NCBI RefSeq assembly: GCF_964204645.1
Contig: NC_134031.1
Location: forward strand, 10,044,001 to 10,108,000
Reading direction: 5' to 3'
Source: Tubulanus polymorphus
Taxonomy: Eukaryota; Animalia; Nemertea
DNA: 64,000 nt
Below the pieces are notes generated by a model. The model was not told the origin of the DNA and made no database searches. It saw only the letters and a list, made by a program, of their open reading frames with translations. Positions 1-12,892 of this stretch are shown here, piece by piece. Each line of letters opens with the position of its first letter. Position 1 is the stretch's first letter. Both the position numbers and the translations under genes were made by a program.

Positions 1-106
1 TTGTTTCACATCAAAGGTTGAACGGTCGGAAAATAAATTCGAGTGTGCGAGAATTTATTTTTCCACAGTTCGACCTTTGGTATGAAACAACTTACTCCCT
101 ATTACT

Positions 107-249
107 CGCGCACACACGCAGCCCCTCGATCCCGGCCACTCTATATAAGGGTAATCCACGCACACATGCAGCCCCTCGATCCCGGCCACTCTATATAAGC
201 GTAATCCACGCACACACGCAGCCCCTCGAACCCAGCCACTCTATATAAG
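107..249. repeat. ~50-bp tandem repeat, about 3 copies
   Basis: Unit cacgcacacacgcagcccctcgatcccggccactctatataagggtaatc recurs at ~107, ~157 and ~207. Confidence 0.9.
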
Positions 250-250
250 A

Positions 251-537
251 TTGTAGACATTGTCGACGAGTAAAATCGGTCGACAATCGGGGTTGTAGAA
301 ATTGTCGACGAGTAAAATCAGTCGACAATCAGGATTGCAGACATTGTCGACGAGTAGAATCGGTCAACAATCAGGGTTGTAGACATTGTCGACGAGTAGA
401 ATCCGATGACAATCGGGGTTGTAGACATTGTCGACGAGTAGAATCGGACATCAATCGGGGTTGTAGACATTGTCGACGAGTAGAATCGGACGACAATCGG
501 GTTTGTAGACATTGTCGACGAGTAGAATCGGACGACA
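251..537. repeat. 42-bp minisatellite, about 7 copies, units internally palindromic
   Basis: Unit ttgtagacattgtcgacgagtagaatcggtcgacaatcgggg starts at 251, 293, 335, 377, 419, 461 and 503; intact units contain inverted ATTGTCGAC...GTCGACAAT. Confidence 0.92.
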
Positions 538-1776
538 TATAGGATTGATAGATCTCTACTTTACCTGTTCTGGAGTTGAGCCGCACGTCCTATGGCGTAA
601 TGTCGTAAGATTCAATCAGTCCAATATTGACGGATTAATTCCAAATACCAGTCCAATGTGATAAGTCTCTGCTGGAACTATTTAATGCTATAATGGACTT
701 GAGCCGTAAATTTATACTACAAACTCAGTGAGAAAGCAGATCATCCAATGATCATTTTCGGATATCGAGTTCAAATTGCATTCTAAATGAACTGATTTTT
801 CTCAACGAAGAGCCCAGTGTTTTGTTTCGCCACCTGGTGAGTGCAGGTGTCCCATTGCTAAGAGTCCATAAAGTAGGAAGAAACTGTGTTTTAAAAATGT
901 GGTTTTCTTCTTGTCACTTTATTGTAAATACTCAAATAATGTAATCATTATGGAAAAATAAACACTGCTGAATTCAATTGAAATATATGATAATAGATAT
1001 GCCAGGGCCACGATTCATAAAAAAGATTTAATCATTTTAAGATAAACTGAATCATAAGCAGATCAAACAGTCTTGTGAAACTGCACACTGGTCATCCCTA
1101 AATTTAAATAAAGCAAGGATTTAAGATCAGCATAATGTCTGAGAAAGGGGACATGTACACTAGCACTGATGGAAAATCAGTGCACTAAAATATTGGTGTG
1201 AATACTTTAATTTACATATTTAAGACTTTATGTTATTGTGGATTTTACACAGAATGTAGCATTTACACTTTTGTAACCTGGTTTGGTTTGACCTAGCTCT
1301 TACAAAACCCTTTTATAAACAAAAAGGTCCTGTAAAGTAAGCGATGTTTATTCATTCTTTTTTCGGGTTGAAGGACTAATGTAGACGGTCCATCTGGTAT
1401 GAACAAACTAATATAGATGCAACACTGTATGCTTATAAGCATGATAAGTAAAAACCTGACAAAATGAGTCAAACTCATCTAATTTGGATCAGTTGGTACT
1501 AAAGAATTCGATCAAGTTAAATACCAAATCTAACTTCATATTAAAAACATCAAAGTATATAGGTGGACTACAAGCAATATCCATATTAGATCAAAATCCG
1601 GAGAAAACTTTTCCGAGTTGAGCTGGTTCAATTGTACATGCTCGTATTTCGTGAACCGATTGGTTGCGATGAATCAACCTGGAAGTCACATGATGCAACA
1701 AAAACATGTTTATTCTATGATGCTGAGTATAGAAAGGAATAATCTATCGTTCTTAAGACAAATACATTTTAGACAT

Positions 1777-2011
1777 TTAAGCTTGGTACTGATAATAGCC
1801 ATATTCATCGTGACATCCATATTTATTTTCATCTGGTCTAGTACCATTTATGGTTGCAGAATAATTTCCGCTATTTGGTCGAGCGTAAGCACCGTACACT
1901 GCCTGTCCATATTCATCCATAGTCACAGGATCGATAGGATTTCCGTATTCCTCACCTTGCCGATCCATCGCAAACCCCATGTGATTCTCAGGTCGTTGGA
2001 ATGGGTCGTAT
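1777..2011 (-). CDS. KIFAP3: KIFAP3 terminal coding exon (Tyr/Gly-rich C-terminal tail)
   Basis: AG acceptor at 2013-2012; phase 2 matches the donor at 22544 (GG|A = Gly). Reads YDPFQRPENHMGFAMDRQ...MDEYGQAV...RPDENKYGCHDEYGYYQYQA* with stop TAA at 1779-1777. MDxxGQxV and RPDE resemble the vertebrate KIFAP3 tail. Confidence 0.8.
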
Positions 2012-2629
2012 CTGCAATATAATGGTACACTGGTGGTAACTAAACTAGAATGTCGCTGAAGACGACTGATGCCCCCACATCAGGTGAAACACCTGAGTGT
2101 AAAATACACCCCGAGCGTATGTCGACCCGTTTATGAAGGCAGGTTTTGAAAAATACATAACGGCTTTTAATCACACATTCACGGTCTCAAGGGTAACCCA
2201 TCCATGAAACCACTTACATGGTTTAATCCATTCTTACTTCCTTTTTGGACACATGCTTTGAGAGATGGATGCATATAATTCTGTAGGTACATTTTTATTA
2301 ATTTTTCTCTTAATTTCTGAAATTTGTAGTTACTTAGGATATTTAGGATTTTTAATTTTGTAGGAACCGCTATATAGCCCTGATAAGAGAGTTGTCTGAT
2401 TTGATATTGTTGATAATAAATCTCATTATATATGTCAATGAATTTTCATTTTATAAACCTCCTGGGGGTGAAGCATGTTTGGAAAAGCGTCCTTACAGTC
2501 ATGATTACCAACCCATCTGACACGGCTACAAGCGGTATTTCCTTGCTTTCAGAAAGCCTGTCTCAAGCTCAAACCGAGAAAATACTCACTTTTCCAACGG
2601 CGCCTCAAGTTCTTGGGGCACATAGTATT

Positions 2630-3032
2630 TCATTAAGGATTTCGCAATTCATCAAGGATTTCGCCCACATGACAGCCCTGTTCAACCGTCTCACGAGGAA
2701 AAATGAACCATTTGTATGGACGCCCAAGCAACAAGCGTTTGATGAACTGACTGACCAGCTCCCCTATCCTGGCATTCCTAGATTTCTCCGAGGGCAGTGG
2801 AGAGTTCATCTTGGACTGTGATCCCTCTAACTGGGCTATCGGAGGGGTGCTGTCACAGTTCAAACAGGATGGTTCCGAGAGAGTGATACAGTAGCTGCAC
2901 TCTGGTGAGAACTAGTGCGCCACAAGGCGAAATGTTGGGCTTGGTTGACATGATTGAGCACTTCCGCTACAACTTACTGGGCAGGAAATTTAAAGTTCGT
3001 ACTGACCACACAGCACTCAAGTGGCTACAAAC
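2630..3032 (+). pseudogene. Gypsy/Ty3 LTR retrotransposon pol remnant (RT connection / RNase H)
   Basis: Frameshifted motifs FIKDFAHMTALFNRLTRKNEPFVWT, FILDCDPSNWAIGGVLSQ and HFRYNLLGRKFKVRTDHTALKWL. Confidence 0.85.
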
Positions 3033-3035
3033 CTT

Positions 3036-3200
3036 AAACAAGAGCCCCAAGGGGCACTATGGCCAGCCTGTCAGCTTTTCATAAAATGGCAAATGATGCA
3101 TTCTGTAGGTTAAATTTGTCCAAATACACTCCCAGCTCAGACACGTCAATCCCAGGATTAACAGAATAACAAGACGGTTTCAACGAAACTCAGAAAACTC
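3036..3200 (-). mobile_element. Helentron-type non-autonomous element (HINE family A), terminal fragment
   Basis: aacaagagccccaaggggcactatggccagcctgtcagc hairpin/sub-TIR end shared with copies at 14011, 34177 and 58555. Confidence 0.7.
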
Positions 3201-3334
3201 AAACAACAAACAACAAATAAAATTCATGGCATCTAGTATGATGAAAAATACCGAACTGGGTCAAGTTTCTGTGCAATGCAGAAAGGATTGTACCATGAAC
3301 AGACTGCTGCGGCCAAAGCTGCGGCAATAATATA

Positions 3335-4126
3335 CAGTAGACTCCGCATACCTCGGAGTCATACACCTCGGAATATTGCATAGCTCAGAACAAATCTGAA
3401 ATATTTTTCTTAATGCAATTATTTCTCAAATGAAAATCTCCGAGTAGCTCGGAGTTGCATACATCGGAATATCGCATACCTCAGAATGATTTTTTTAATA
3501 AATTGAGTCCTAAAATCGTGTACCTCGGAAATTCTGAACATCCTCCCGACAATATCTTTTTCAAAAATGCATCCCTAGCCTACTGCATTGTATTATTTTT
3601 CCTTAAAGGGGCTGTTGCAAGAATGCATATAATCAGCAGATAATCATAAAAATTGGAAGCGTGCCAGTCGCGCTAGTTCTCGGCTGTCTTAAATACGAAA
3701 AGCCAATTGAATGGATGTAGACGGAGCTATAGACTTGTCACTGCACATCAAACCCACATGTTTTTAAATTCTCTCAACTGGAAAGGAGGGGCTTTACTTG
3801 GTGTACTACAGTACGATGTTTTGATTGAAAAGATGACAAGTCAAATCTCCCGGGGGATATGAGGTTTTGATTGAAATAACAATAAAAGCCTGTCAGATAT
3901 GGTACATATACAATGTTTAATTCAACATAGATTAGTATAAGAAGGATAATTTAAGCACACATGTCAGCAACAATTTTTTTATGACAAAATTAGTGGATCT
4001 TATATACCTCGGAAATCGCATACCTCAGAAAAAATTATTAAAAAAGAAAGAATAAAAATTATAATAAATTTTAAAAAAAATTTTATCATAAAAAAGAAAG
4101 AATTCCGAGGTAAGCGGAGTCTACTG
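3335..4126. mobile_element. Tc1/mariner-type (pogo/Tigger-like) MITE
   Basis: TIRs cagtagactccgcatacctcgga / tccgaggtaagcggagtctactg, TA on both sides, internal subterminal repeats atacctcggaa. Confidence 0.85.
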
Positions 4127-4372
4127 TACTGAATGATGTTTTTTTTCTTTGAATACCATGTTTTTGAAGATGATTAAGCAAGTTTGCCGCGACAACCCGT
4201 CCAAAAACGGTATTTGGCCGCAGCAATCAAAACTTGCTTCCAATGCGCCTGATGAAAGAGAAATTGATATGTGAAAATTTTGTAATATAGACCAACTGAA
4301 ACTTATTATATAATACTGGTTTTTATTGATGTGTAACATATTACCTTATCAATTGAGAATATGTAGTCCCAC

Positions 4373-4568
4373 TGTTGTTGAAGGAATATTTCTACTGTTA
4401 CATGGAAATTGGTCATGGTGATGGTGAATAGTTTTTTGAACCTTGTATAACCTTATGTTTTATGTATCTGTTTTTGTCAGTCGAGAATAAAACGTCAAAG
4501 TAGATAGACATCCGTTGTTTTGCGTTCTTCCTTGGTAGCTGCGTTACATTATTTACTCTGTAACAACT
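4373..4568 (+). repeat. Copia 5' LTR
   Basis: Begins tgttgttg; roughly 18 mismatches (counted by eye) to the 3' LTR. Confidence 0.92.
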
Positions 4569-4788
4569 ACATGGTTGAATGCTTTTGAGGACTAAGTCTT
4601 GGTGCTACATGAATTGACGTGGTTTGCTCAGTCTGTTCTGGTGAATTTGAAACTCGTTTGAATTGTGAACTTTTATGATGGCTGAAGAAAGGACCATTGA
4701 AAAACATACTGGTGAAAACTGGTCTACGTGGAGCTTTCAGACTCGGCACATACTATGTTCATGTTAGTATGTTGATGGGTCGGAAAAA

Positions 4789-5210
4789 TTGGCAGACGAC
4801 GCTAATGACCGTACGAAGAATGAATTTGAATTGAAAAAGGCGAAAGCGATTGGTTTAATTGTAATGTCAATTGCGCCATCGCAGATTTGTTTGAATACTT
4901 CCACGGAGTTACCCGAAGTAGCATGGAAATTACTCGAAGAACATTTCCAGAACGACTCCCTTAACAATAGAATTTATCTGAAGAAAAAATACTCCAGAAT
5001 GTAGATGAAGGAAGGGACGTCAGTCGAAGAGCATTTCAAAGAAATGAAACAGCTAACGGATAGACTAGCAGCTATGAACAGTCCAATTGACAAGGAAGAT
5101 GAAGTTGTGACTATCCTCGGTAGCTTGCCCAGGAGTTATGCAACATTGGTGACGGCTCTAGAAGCGCGAAATGATCTGCTGAAATGGTCGGCTGTGCAGC
5201 AAGCCCTCAT
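4789..5210 (+). pseudogene. Copia gag (UBN2-like) remnant
   Basis: KAKAIGLIVMSI...AWKLLEEHFQ...MKEGTSVEEHFKEMKQLTDRLAAM...ILGSLPRSYATLVTALEAR; internal stop at 5002-5004. Confidence 0.88.
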
Positions 5211-5934
5211 CCTTTCTCTCTAAAGTGCTCGAGAGAGTTGTTGCTGCACGATTAACAGCATACATGGATGCAAACGGTCTACACGATTCGCTTCAGTCTG
5301 CATACAAACCAGGTCATAGTACTGAAAGGGCTCTTTTAAAAGTGCAAAGTGACTTACGCTCCATGGTTGACAAGCATGGCGTGGCCGTCCTTATCCTGCT
5401 TGACTTAAGCGTGGCATTCGACACTGTCGATCATTCCATTCTTATCAAACGGCTACAGATCGTTTAAGGTGTGACAGGTACTGCCTTAAAGTGGTTCCAG
5501 TCATACCTGTCTAACCGCAGTGTGTTGATTTAAATGGCCATCATTCTGAATCTAAAGTACTCGAGTGTGGCATGCCCCAAGGGTTAGTACTCGGCCCTTT
5601 ACTGTTTCTTGTGTACATTCTTCCTCTAGCCCCTGTGTATTTGCATGATCTGCTCATTCGATATCTACCGACACGTTCACTTAGATCCAGTTCTTGCAAT
5701 CTTCTAACCATCTTAAAACCTTTGGTGGACGTAGCTCCAACTCAGTGGAACTTTCTCGACGCAAATATACGGAATATAACTGAAATCAACACTTTCAAAC
5801 AGAGAGTAAAAACATTTGCTTTTCTGCAAAGCCTAAGCTCTGTGAATTCAGCACCACTACCTTACAAAGCGCTGGTGAACATTATTATTAGTGAAACAGG
5901 CGCTATATAAATGTGACATTATTATTATTATTAT
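5211..5934 (+). mobile_element. 5'-truncated, internally deleted L2/CR1-clade LINE inserted in Copia gag
   Basis: RT motifs QSAYKPGHSTE, LLDLSVAFDTVDH and PQGLVLGPLLF; (ATT)n tail; Copia reading resumes QALI|HEQ with atcc duplicated at the junctions. Confidence 0.88.
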
Positions 5935-7490
5935 CCATGAGCAGATGAAGCTGAGAGAAAACGACGAGACGCCAGCTATCAGCAGGGCCTCAGCGCTAGT
6001 GGGAGCAGAAAATAAATATTGCCGCAAGCATCCAGGGAAGCAAAACTAAACCTGAACAACAAATGAAAAGTCGCGAATGGCTGATTGATTCAGGCACATC
6101 ACTGGAATAAAAATGTCTTATTGGACTATATAGAATTCAATGAACCACAGTGAGTGGGTCTTGGCGATGGACAACCGATATGTGCCGAGGTCATAGAAGA
6201 GTTAAGTTGACGACCCTCTTGGAAAATGGAGCCAGTGGGAGCGAGGTCAGGAGATATGATCTCCATGTTCCAGACTTTACCTGTAATCTATTTTCTGTGC
6301 GAGCAGTGATAAACAAAGGTTTTTTTATCTTAAAATAGGGATTGTCCCCGTTATTCATTTATTAGGCTGGGAAATTTCGTTTGATTTTTCGATTGAGTGT
6401 CCCTTACAGACCCACCACACCTGCCGGGAGTAAAACGGGGGGTTTGATTTTGAAATCAGAAATCGAAGTGCAGATATAGTTGTGTGATCGGCAGTCGAGT
6501 TAACAGAATTTTCTTAAAATCGAAGTACATAATTGGAAATTCAGTTCCGGTTCATCCAAACAATCTTCCATTCAGTCTGACCTGGCAAGCGACTGATTGG
6601 GATGAATTTTTCTGGCTGCCTAATTTAATACATCGAGATTCTGTAAATAGCTATAATACAAGGTTGAAGATCATTTTGTCCATTTTAATAATTTTTTGGT
6701 CGTTTTCTACATGTAAAGTCTGATTTATTGTAGTTTTTTCTCGGGTAGATGTTGATGTAGAAGTCCTTTAAATTGATGATCCTGCGTGTTGACTAGATAA
6801 GAAGAAAGCACATTTCGAAACGCAAATTTTCTAGATGAGAGTATGGCCCTGGGGTATCCGAAGTGTAGTTGTATGACATCAACGGTGCAGCTCCGATGAG
6901 GATGGGTTTCTCCCTCAAGGGGTGCGAAGTTGGTACTTCGCATTTGGTGCTGAATTTGCCTAAAAGTAAAAGTTATACACTGGGAGCAGTTTTGTGTTTC
7001 TAATATACAGTGCATAGTTAGGTCCGTGAATATATCGCAATCAAACAGACAGTGCTATGCGCATTGTTAGACCGTCAGTAAGAAAGCGGCACAGACACGT
7101 GAATATTGAATACATGTTTGTAATCTTACATATATAGTCTTGATCGGGTTTTATTTACATTGTCACGATATAGGTTTTTGGTAGTTTTTAATGAGACTGA
7201 TGTCAAGAGGCAACTTTCCAGTCACCATTGCGCGTAGATAGACTGAGCTTGCTATCCTAAGGCCAAAAACGTTGCAGCGTTCCAGCTATCGCGGCAATGA
7301 GACTGAGTTTACAGTCAAAACATCAGAAACAGTAAACTAATGCGTATGTGATGATATAGAGCAAAAGTGGTCAGACAGTTCTATGCGTATTGATAGACCG
7401 TCATCCCTGTTCGATCTAAAGCAGAACATACCTCAAGTGTCAAAGTCGGGATATGTAGGTGAAAGTAATAAGAAATGGCGTTGAGTTTAA

Positions 7491-10400
7491 TTAATAGACT
7501 ACGCTAATGGTGTCGAATGTGATTCTGTTTACTACGTTCAGTCCGCTTGTGTCCCGGTGAATAAGTATATTGTTAAGACTCCAAATATGAATGTTTTGTT
7601 GAAGCATGATTTCTTGGTTTAGGTGATCTTTTAGTGAGTTTTTGAAATAAATTATAGTGTTGATGCGGCCAGAGCCTTGTTCTAGATTAAAATGATTTCT
7701 GTACAAAATGGATTGTGCGAGAAACAAAAGGTAGTTCGCGAGTGTGCGTTTGAAAAAATCTCTCTATTGTTTTAGTAATTCCTGTGTAGACAATGTTTTG
7801 AGTGATATTTATAGGTGTGTTTAGTATGAGTTGAAAGATTTGTTGTATAGATGAATATAATTGCTGTGCTTCTGTGCATGAGTATACTACATGGTCATTT
7901 GTTGCCGCGTATCCACAAATTTATTTTCCAAAGTACTAGTTTCAAAGCTGTTACACGAGTATTATGTAGTAATTTCCAATGAATATCACTAAATCTTCTA
8001 TCAATATGTTTATTATTAACCTCATTCCAAATTTCCGGCCGGTTCAGATCAGTATTTAACATTTCGTTAATTTTGGTTTGCCCTATCGGTGTGATTTGAT
8101 GGAGATTTTTTAATAATAGAATTCCATAAATTTGAGATGATAAAAGTTTTCCAATAGTACACTCTACATTACCAAATTGCACATAGATTATTGGTAATTT
8201 ATCAGGATCTAAATTTTGGTCCGATAGAATTAGTTTCCAATGTTGCAGTATCGCATTGTATATACATGTGTGTTTAAATTTATTTGTTAATGGAGTTTCG
8301 TTAAATGCTTTGTAGTTGCCACGATTATCGAATAAATGTCATAGATTGATTATACCGTGATGTATGTATTCTTCGAAATTGGTTTTCTTGTTGAGCTTAA
8401 TTTTTGGGTTGCCAAAATAGGTTTTTGCAGAATTTCAGTAATGGTCTCAGTTGTAACTAGATGTTGTTGAAAAACTGTCCATGATTTTATTAAACGTGTG
8501 TAGTAGTCATTTGTAATGACTTTTTTGGGTATTTCATTGCGAATGATGTTTGAAATATTCAAGCCTGGGCCTAGATATTTTTGCAGATTGTAGTTGATAA
8601 GTGGTTTCCAGTGTGTTGGTTTTAGAGCGTGGTTTATTATTGTCTTAATTGCCTGTGTTTGTTGTCTGTATTTAGACCTCCGTGTTCGATTTTTTAATGT
8701 ATTAAGTCTTTACTGAGAAATGCGTTATTGGAAATTGATGATTTTTGGTTCAAAGATGCAATATATTTATCTGGAATTGGAAAAATCTCAGAAGTGTACC
8801 ATAATAAAGGTAGTATAAAAGAGTTTATGACAACGTTTTTGGCATGTAAAGATAATTTAGTTTGGGGCCAAAGATTTATAATATTTTGAATTTTATTTAT
8901 TTTCGGATTCCAGTCTATATCATCAGTGTTCTCATTTCTGAAACGAATTCCATAAATTTTCATTGATTTCTTCCAATTTAAGTCCAAAGGTTTATCGTTT
9001 CTAGCTTTCCAAGATCCTAACCACATACACTCAGTTTTATCTTTATTAATTTTTGCACCCGATGTAAAGACTTGGTTCAACGATTCTAAGTCGGTTAGAC
9101 ATAGCGTGGTGTCATCTGCGTATTGTTTGATTTTAATTTCTGTGTCGTCTGGTAATTTCACTCCTTTAATGTTGTTGTTTTCGCGTATTTTGATTGCTAA
9201 TGGTTCCTATTATGTAGAGTATTGTGCTCATGAGACACCCCTGTCTTACGCCTCTTTCTAAAGTGAATGGTTTAGTTAAGAAGCCATTACTTTTAATTCT
9301 GGATTTTGGATTTGAGTAGCAAGTTTTGATATACCGAATTAGATTTTCTCCAAAGCCGAAAGATTCTAAAGTTTTAAACATAAATTGCCAGTCAACGCGA
9401 TCAAAAGCTTTCATTTGGTCAATGGTTACTAAAAATGCTTCTAAATTATCATCATTAACGTAATCAATTAAGTCTCCAATTATATGGCCATTGTCTTGGA
9501 TTCGATGTCCCTTTACGCTACATGTCTGATCTGGGTGTATTATGTCTGTTAGACAGATAATTAATCTGTTAGCGAGAACTTTTGTGAATATTTTGTAATC
9601 TACGTATACACAGTAACGAGATTGGTCTCCAATTTTTCAAAAACTGTTTTGTCATTCTTCTTATGAATTAATGATATAATACCGGTTTGCATTGATTTCG
9701 AAAGCCTATTTTCTTGTATACACGCAGTCACTACTTGTAGGAAGTCATTTTGGAGAGTATGCAAAAATATTCTATAAAATTCAATAGATAGTCCGTCTAT
9801 ACCCGGAGATTATTTTGAAAAGATTTCAATGAGTTTGTTAACTCTTCAATATCGATTTCAGATTCATGTTTAAGTTTCTTTTGGATAGAGATTTGAGGTA
9901 AATTATTCAGGAATAGATTTTGAGTTTCTAAGTCAGTCACTTCTTTTCTATATAAATCTTTATAGAATCTGAGTTGAATTTTTTCAATTTCGTTCTGGCC
10001 AGTTTTAATTTCGCCTAAACGGTTTTTGAGTCCTGATGTGATTCGCTTTAGCGCGTTGTTTTTCATAATTTGCAAAGAAGGTACTTGTTTTCTCTCCGAA
10101 TTCTCTCCACTCAATTTTAGATCTAATCATCGCACTTTTTGCTTTTTCAATTTCAAAGTCACGAATACGCTTGGTAAGATGTTCAATTTGATTTTGGTTA
10201 GCATATATGCCCAAATCAGAAAGTTTTTCGAGGATAAATAATTCAGATTCTAAAGTTTTCCTAAGATTGTTTTTAATTTTTTGGAGTTGTGAAGCAAATT
10301 TTATGGATCTGTTTTTATTTGAATTTTAACCTCTTCCCACCACTCAATGATTGAGTCATAGAACTGTTTGTGATTTTGCCATTGTGTCCAAAAGTCTGTT

Positions 10401-11166
10401 ATCATAGTGATGTAGTTAGGGTTTTTAAGTAGTTCTTTGTTGAGATGCCAGTATCCTTTGCCTGTTAATTCAATGATTTTGTGATTGGAATGAATAGAGT
10501 TGATATGTTTCACGTGCTCTACATAGAATCGGTCTATTCTTGTCTTAGTGACATTATTGTTTCGTTTTGCTGGAGAAAGCTGGTGTTTGCATTTTTAGAT
10601 CTATAGGCATCTGCTAATCTGTATTATTGACATAAATTTGCTAATTGTTCTGAACCACTTCGAATTGACGAATTGATGGATATTGAATCTTGATCTATGG
10701 GACTTTCTATACAATATAAGTCACCAGCTATAATCATATGCTCATTAGGGTAGACGTGAAGATAATTACTGATACTGTTTATGAAAACTTTCCTATCACG
10801 TTCTTTATTCGGAGCATAAATATTAACGATATTGTAAATTTTGCCAGACAAAATACTTTTCAAAGATATTAGTCTGCCTTGTCTATCTATAGATATATCC
10901 AAAATTGAAATATCTAAAGATTTTCTAATGCAAATTGTAACTCCACATTTTCTTTCATTTGTAAAGTTTGATATCATTTCTAAATTCTTCATGAAGGGTT
11001 TAAATATTTTTTGAATTTCGTAATCGTTAGTTAATTGAGTTTCTTGTAATAGAATAATGTCATGGTTTTTGAGCTTCTCAAAGGTGTTAATAGTTCGAGA
11101 GTTTGAGTAAGCTAAGCCATTACAATTTAGAGATAAAAATCTAATATTTCCTAAGGTATTCGCCAT
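7491..11166 (-). pseudogene. L1/Tx1 ORF2 (APE endonuclease, reverse transcriptase, C-terminal region), frameshifted
   Basis: SLNCNGL, ILLQET, NIYAPN, IIAGD (endonuclease); KAFDRVDW, RGVRQGC, QYADDTT (RT); IHWKLLHN. Confidence 0.92.
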
Positions 11167-11253
11167 TTTTGTTTCATTTCTACCTACATGATAAGAGGAA
11201 CGCATATATCACCTAAAGTGGCTTTCTTGTTTTTCGGTTTTTCCGTTCTTCGA

Positions 11254-12142
11254 TTAAGTTTTTTTCTTGGATCGATCCGTCGATGTGAATCTTGATCTCG
11301 CCGATCTCTTTTCCTCTGCAGTTTTGGCGACAGGAGCAACCTCATCTTCATCCCGATCATCTGTCTCAGGATCTTCGGTTTCTGTTGATATCTGTGTCTG
11401 TTCGGGGGATCTTTCATTTTTATCCGGTGAAGACGTAGTGAGTTTGTGTGACTTCTTTGGAGTCTGTGGCGATTCTGTTGGAGGTGGCCTTTTTCGGGAT
11501 TGTTCAGTCGTCTTAATATTCTCTGCTTTTGCTGGCGTTGGGTTGCATTTTTTTGCGTGCTGTTGTGCCAAACTTATGATAAATTTGGCGGCAGCGATCT
11601 GGTGTATGAATCGGATGTGAGCACGAAACATGGCATTCAACCCATGTGTGGTTGAAACCTCCACATATAGCGCAATGTTCTGGTTGGCCATTGTGATACA
11701 CACGAATGAGTAACAAGCCATACTCTTTGTGTTCCAGAGTCGTGTTCCTCGGAATTGGTGAAGTTATAGCCACCTCTAAAACACGTTTCTCACCATTTTT
11801 GAAGTTCGTTAGTATATTTCCATACGGTTTTATCATCTTGTCGATTACTCCATGGGGGCATACTGCTAGAACTCCTTCCACTCCAACAATCTTTGGAGTT
11901 TCCAGAGCAGAACGAAAGCTTAACGTAGCCCCTCGGAAAATGATCTTGTGAGTTTTCAGAATCTCATATTTTTCGGCGGAACCACAAAAAACTCCCACGT
12001 TGTAGGAATTAAAGTTGATGATTTTTTCTACGCATTCTCGCGCGGTAACGTCATTGGACAGAATCTCGCAAATCTGTGTCATTTGGAGTTTGCTGTACTG
12101 TATCTTTGGAATCAGTAAAAAGTTACATAATCCTTTCGCCAT
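11254..12142 (-). pseudogene. L1/Tx1 ORF1 (gag-like, CCHC zinc knuckle)
   Basis: VYHNGQPEHCAICGGFNHTWVEC knuckle followed by a basic low-complexity tail; frameshifted. Confidence 0.8.
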
Positions 12143-12411
12143 CGTGCTGTTGTCTATGAAAGCCTTTGCGTGTTAAATATCCATCGTAGATTGTATGGCA
12201 CGAGCCGAAAATATAGGAGCGAGCCGAAAGTACTTCTGTACTGTAGCGCAGTCACCGTAGGTGGTTTTACTGTTGAGTTCAAGAGCACAAAGTGTCATCT
12301 TCAGGATAAAATGGGGCATGTGAAAGCTATCGGTTTACTGTCTGATAAACTGTTTGAACTGCTGTGTGTTACTGCTGATGTTTCGGTTAACGGTCTAAAT
12401 AATGAGATGGA

Positions 12412-12781
12412 CAGGGATGAAAACGGCCCATACTGAAAAAGTCGGAAAATATTTTCAAAAAAAAAGAATTTTGTTGGGGAACAAAAATCAGTAACTTTTA
12501 GCCAAAAAACTTACTTCCTTTTGGTCAAAATGTTAATAGTTTGGGCCTGAATTAGAGCCGCTTTTTGAATGAGACACCATATTGGTTTCTCCGACTCCAC
12601 AGTTGTGCTAACAACTGCCGAAAACCGTCTTAAGGAGCACTCCTAACTACGGAGTGCTTCGATGTGACGCCCGTGATTTAGGTGATTAAAGCGATTGAGG
12701 TGATTTACACTGCTCTCGGGAATAAAGAAAATGTTAGAAAAGGTCGGAAATCCGTCTATGGTCGGAAGATTTGCATCCCTG
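12412..12781. mobile_element. CAGGGATG-ended MITE (hAT-like) with 6-bp TSD
   Basis: TIR cagggatgaaaa / tttgcatccctg; gatgga duplicated at 12406-12411 and 12782-12787. Confidence 0.85.
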
Positions 12782-12892
12782 GATGGAACTGAGGCATCAG
12801 AGACTCGCCCATATCAACCCCAACTACTCATGCGTGTTGCGAAAGACAGTCTTGTGAAAGAGTTTTGTCACATTCACAGATGATTACAGTCG

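Larger units (their letters stand above)
6324..12262 (-). mobile_element. Near full-length L1/Tx1-clade LINE, decayed
   Basis: ORF1 plus ORF2 on the minus strand, ~1.15 kb 3' UTR ending in an A-run; ggtttt duplicated at 6318-6323 and 12263-12268; Copia frame (AVINKG|FTVEFK) rejoins across it. Confidence 0.92.

Noticed and set aside
251-537. CRISPR-like array of palindromic repeats
   Set aside because: Units are head-to-tail with no unique spacers, there are no cas genes, and the context is eukaryotic.
918-923. AATAAA on the minus strand as the KIFAP3 polyadenylation signal
   Set aside because: Plausible, but another candidate lies at 1347-1352 and the sequence alone cannot decide.
2052-2101. 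Second hammerhead-like motif (CTGAAGA...GAAACAC-CTGA-GTGTA)
   Set aside because: Stem I cannot pair; gtcg-ctgaaga-cgac after aactagaa is better explained as a HINE-type terminal hairpin.
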